Below, one piece after another: positions 63,490-64,000 of a stretch of DNA of 64,000 nt. Each line of letters starts with the position of its first letter. Position 1 is the first letter of the stretch. The notes below the pieces were generated by a model, which had not been told where the DNA came from, made no database searches, and worked only from the letters and a program-made list of their open reading frames with translations. Location of the stretch: the NCBI GenBank assembly GCA_003331645.1, contig QOPI01000002.1, positions 10,512 through 74,511 of the forward strand, read 5' to 3'. This DNA comes from SAR86 cluster bacterium (GTDB taxonomy: Bacteria > Pseudomonadota > Gammaproteobacteria > Magnimaribacterales > D2472). The translations under genes were made by a program, and so were the position numbers.

Positions 63490-64000
63490 GTATTGAGATT
63501 AAGTCGCCAACATTTCCAGAATCTGTAGCTGATGGCACTGTTGCAAATTGGGTAAAGAAAGAGGGCGAAAGCGTTCAGCAAGATGAAGTTATTGCTGAAA
63601 TTGAAACAGATAAGGTTGTATTAGAAGTTGTTGCTCCAGTAAATGGAACTATTTCTAAGATTGTTAAACAAGAAGGAGAAATTGTTAATAGCTCAGAATT
63701 AATAGCAGAATTTAATGAAGGTACAATCGAAGATGTTAATGAAGTTGATTCTAACGAATCTCCTGCTGTATCTGAAATAGAAGAACCCAAGCCAAATAAG
63801 TTAGGCCCTGCAGCAAAAAGAATCATTGCAGAAGAAGCTATTGATCCATCTACTGTAAAAAGCACTGGCAAAGATGGAAGAGTTACAAAAGCAGATTTAG
63901 TGAATCATTTAAATAATAAATCCACTGAAGATTTAAACAAGATTAAAAATACATCAGCAGATACAAATATTGCTTTTTCTGAATCAAGAGATGAGAAACG
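63486..64000 (+). CDS. sucB: 2-oxoglutarate dehydrogenase E2 (dihydrolipoyl succinyltransferase), 5' partial running off the window
   Basis: Absent from the ORF track because no stop codon is reached. The ATG at 63486 overlaps the sucA TGA (ATGA). My translation is MSIEIKSPTFPESVADGTVANWVKKEGESVQQDEVIAEIETDKVVLEV..., with the lipoyl-lysine motif ETDKV, followed by an E3-binding-like LGPAAKRIIAEE segment. Confidence 0.93.
   Translation, partial: MSIEIKSPTFPESVADGTVANWVKKEGESVQQDEVIAEIETDKVVLEVVAPVNGTISKIVKQEGEIVNSSELIAEFNEGTIEDVNEVDSNESPAVSEIEEPKPNKLGPAAKRIIAEEAIDPSTVKSTGKDGRVTKADLVNHLNNKSTEDLNKIKNTSADTNIAFSESRDEK

Noticed and set aside
63312-63871. Two minus-strand ORFs (89 and 98 aa) at the window end
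   Set aside because: They lie opposite the sucA 3' end and the plus-strand sucB reading frame. That frame starts at 63486 and encodes an unmistakable lipoyl domain (ETDKV), and is missing from the ORF track only because it has no stop within the window.

Overview
Visibly AT-rich (roughly one-third G+C by eye), very gene-dense chromosomal segment: about 70 CDS and 1 tRNA, and only 4 genes on the minus strand. Gene order matches several conserved gammaproteobacterial blocks joined end to end. A streamlined marine lineage such as SAR86 is only a guess. The blocks are: (1) dcw cluster ftsI-murE-murF-mraY-murD-ftsW-murG-murC-ddl-ftsQ-ftsA; (2) rpsF-rpsR-rplI-dnaB-alr; (3) pyrG-kdsA-eno-ftsB-ispDF-surE-pcm ... 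fdxA, recA; (4) proS, aspS-yebC-X-ybgC-tolQRAB-pal-cpoB-tRNA-Lys; (5) bepA/AI-2E permease, bcp, dapA-bamC-purC; (6) iscRSUA-fdx-iscX-ndk-rlmN-rodZ-ispG-hisS-yfgM-bamB-der; (7) sdhCDAB-sucA-sucB (sucB runs off the window end and is missing from the ORF track). I found no rRNA, CRISPR, transposase, integrase, prophage, toxin-antitoxin, or recognisable defence, secretion or biosynthetic cluster, so I cannot point to a convincing novel multi-gene system. The most unusual item is a 142-aa Hjc-like PD-(D/E)XK nuclease sitting exactly where ruvC-ruvA-ruvB normally lie between yebC and ybgC/tolQ. Other points worth a second look: the dcw cluster ends at ftsA with no ftsZ; the isc operon lacks hscB-hscA; a near-consensus promoter with an IscR type-1 operator abuts the GTG start of iscR; a perfect LexA box precedes recA; nlpD-rpoS-mutS-recX are missing from their usual slots; and a few non-core genes (a diiron-carboxylate protein, thiolase plus DUF3604, a TLC-like transporter) sit at the junctions between blocks. 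All family calls come from motif reading and recalled synteny, not from searches.
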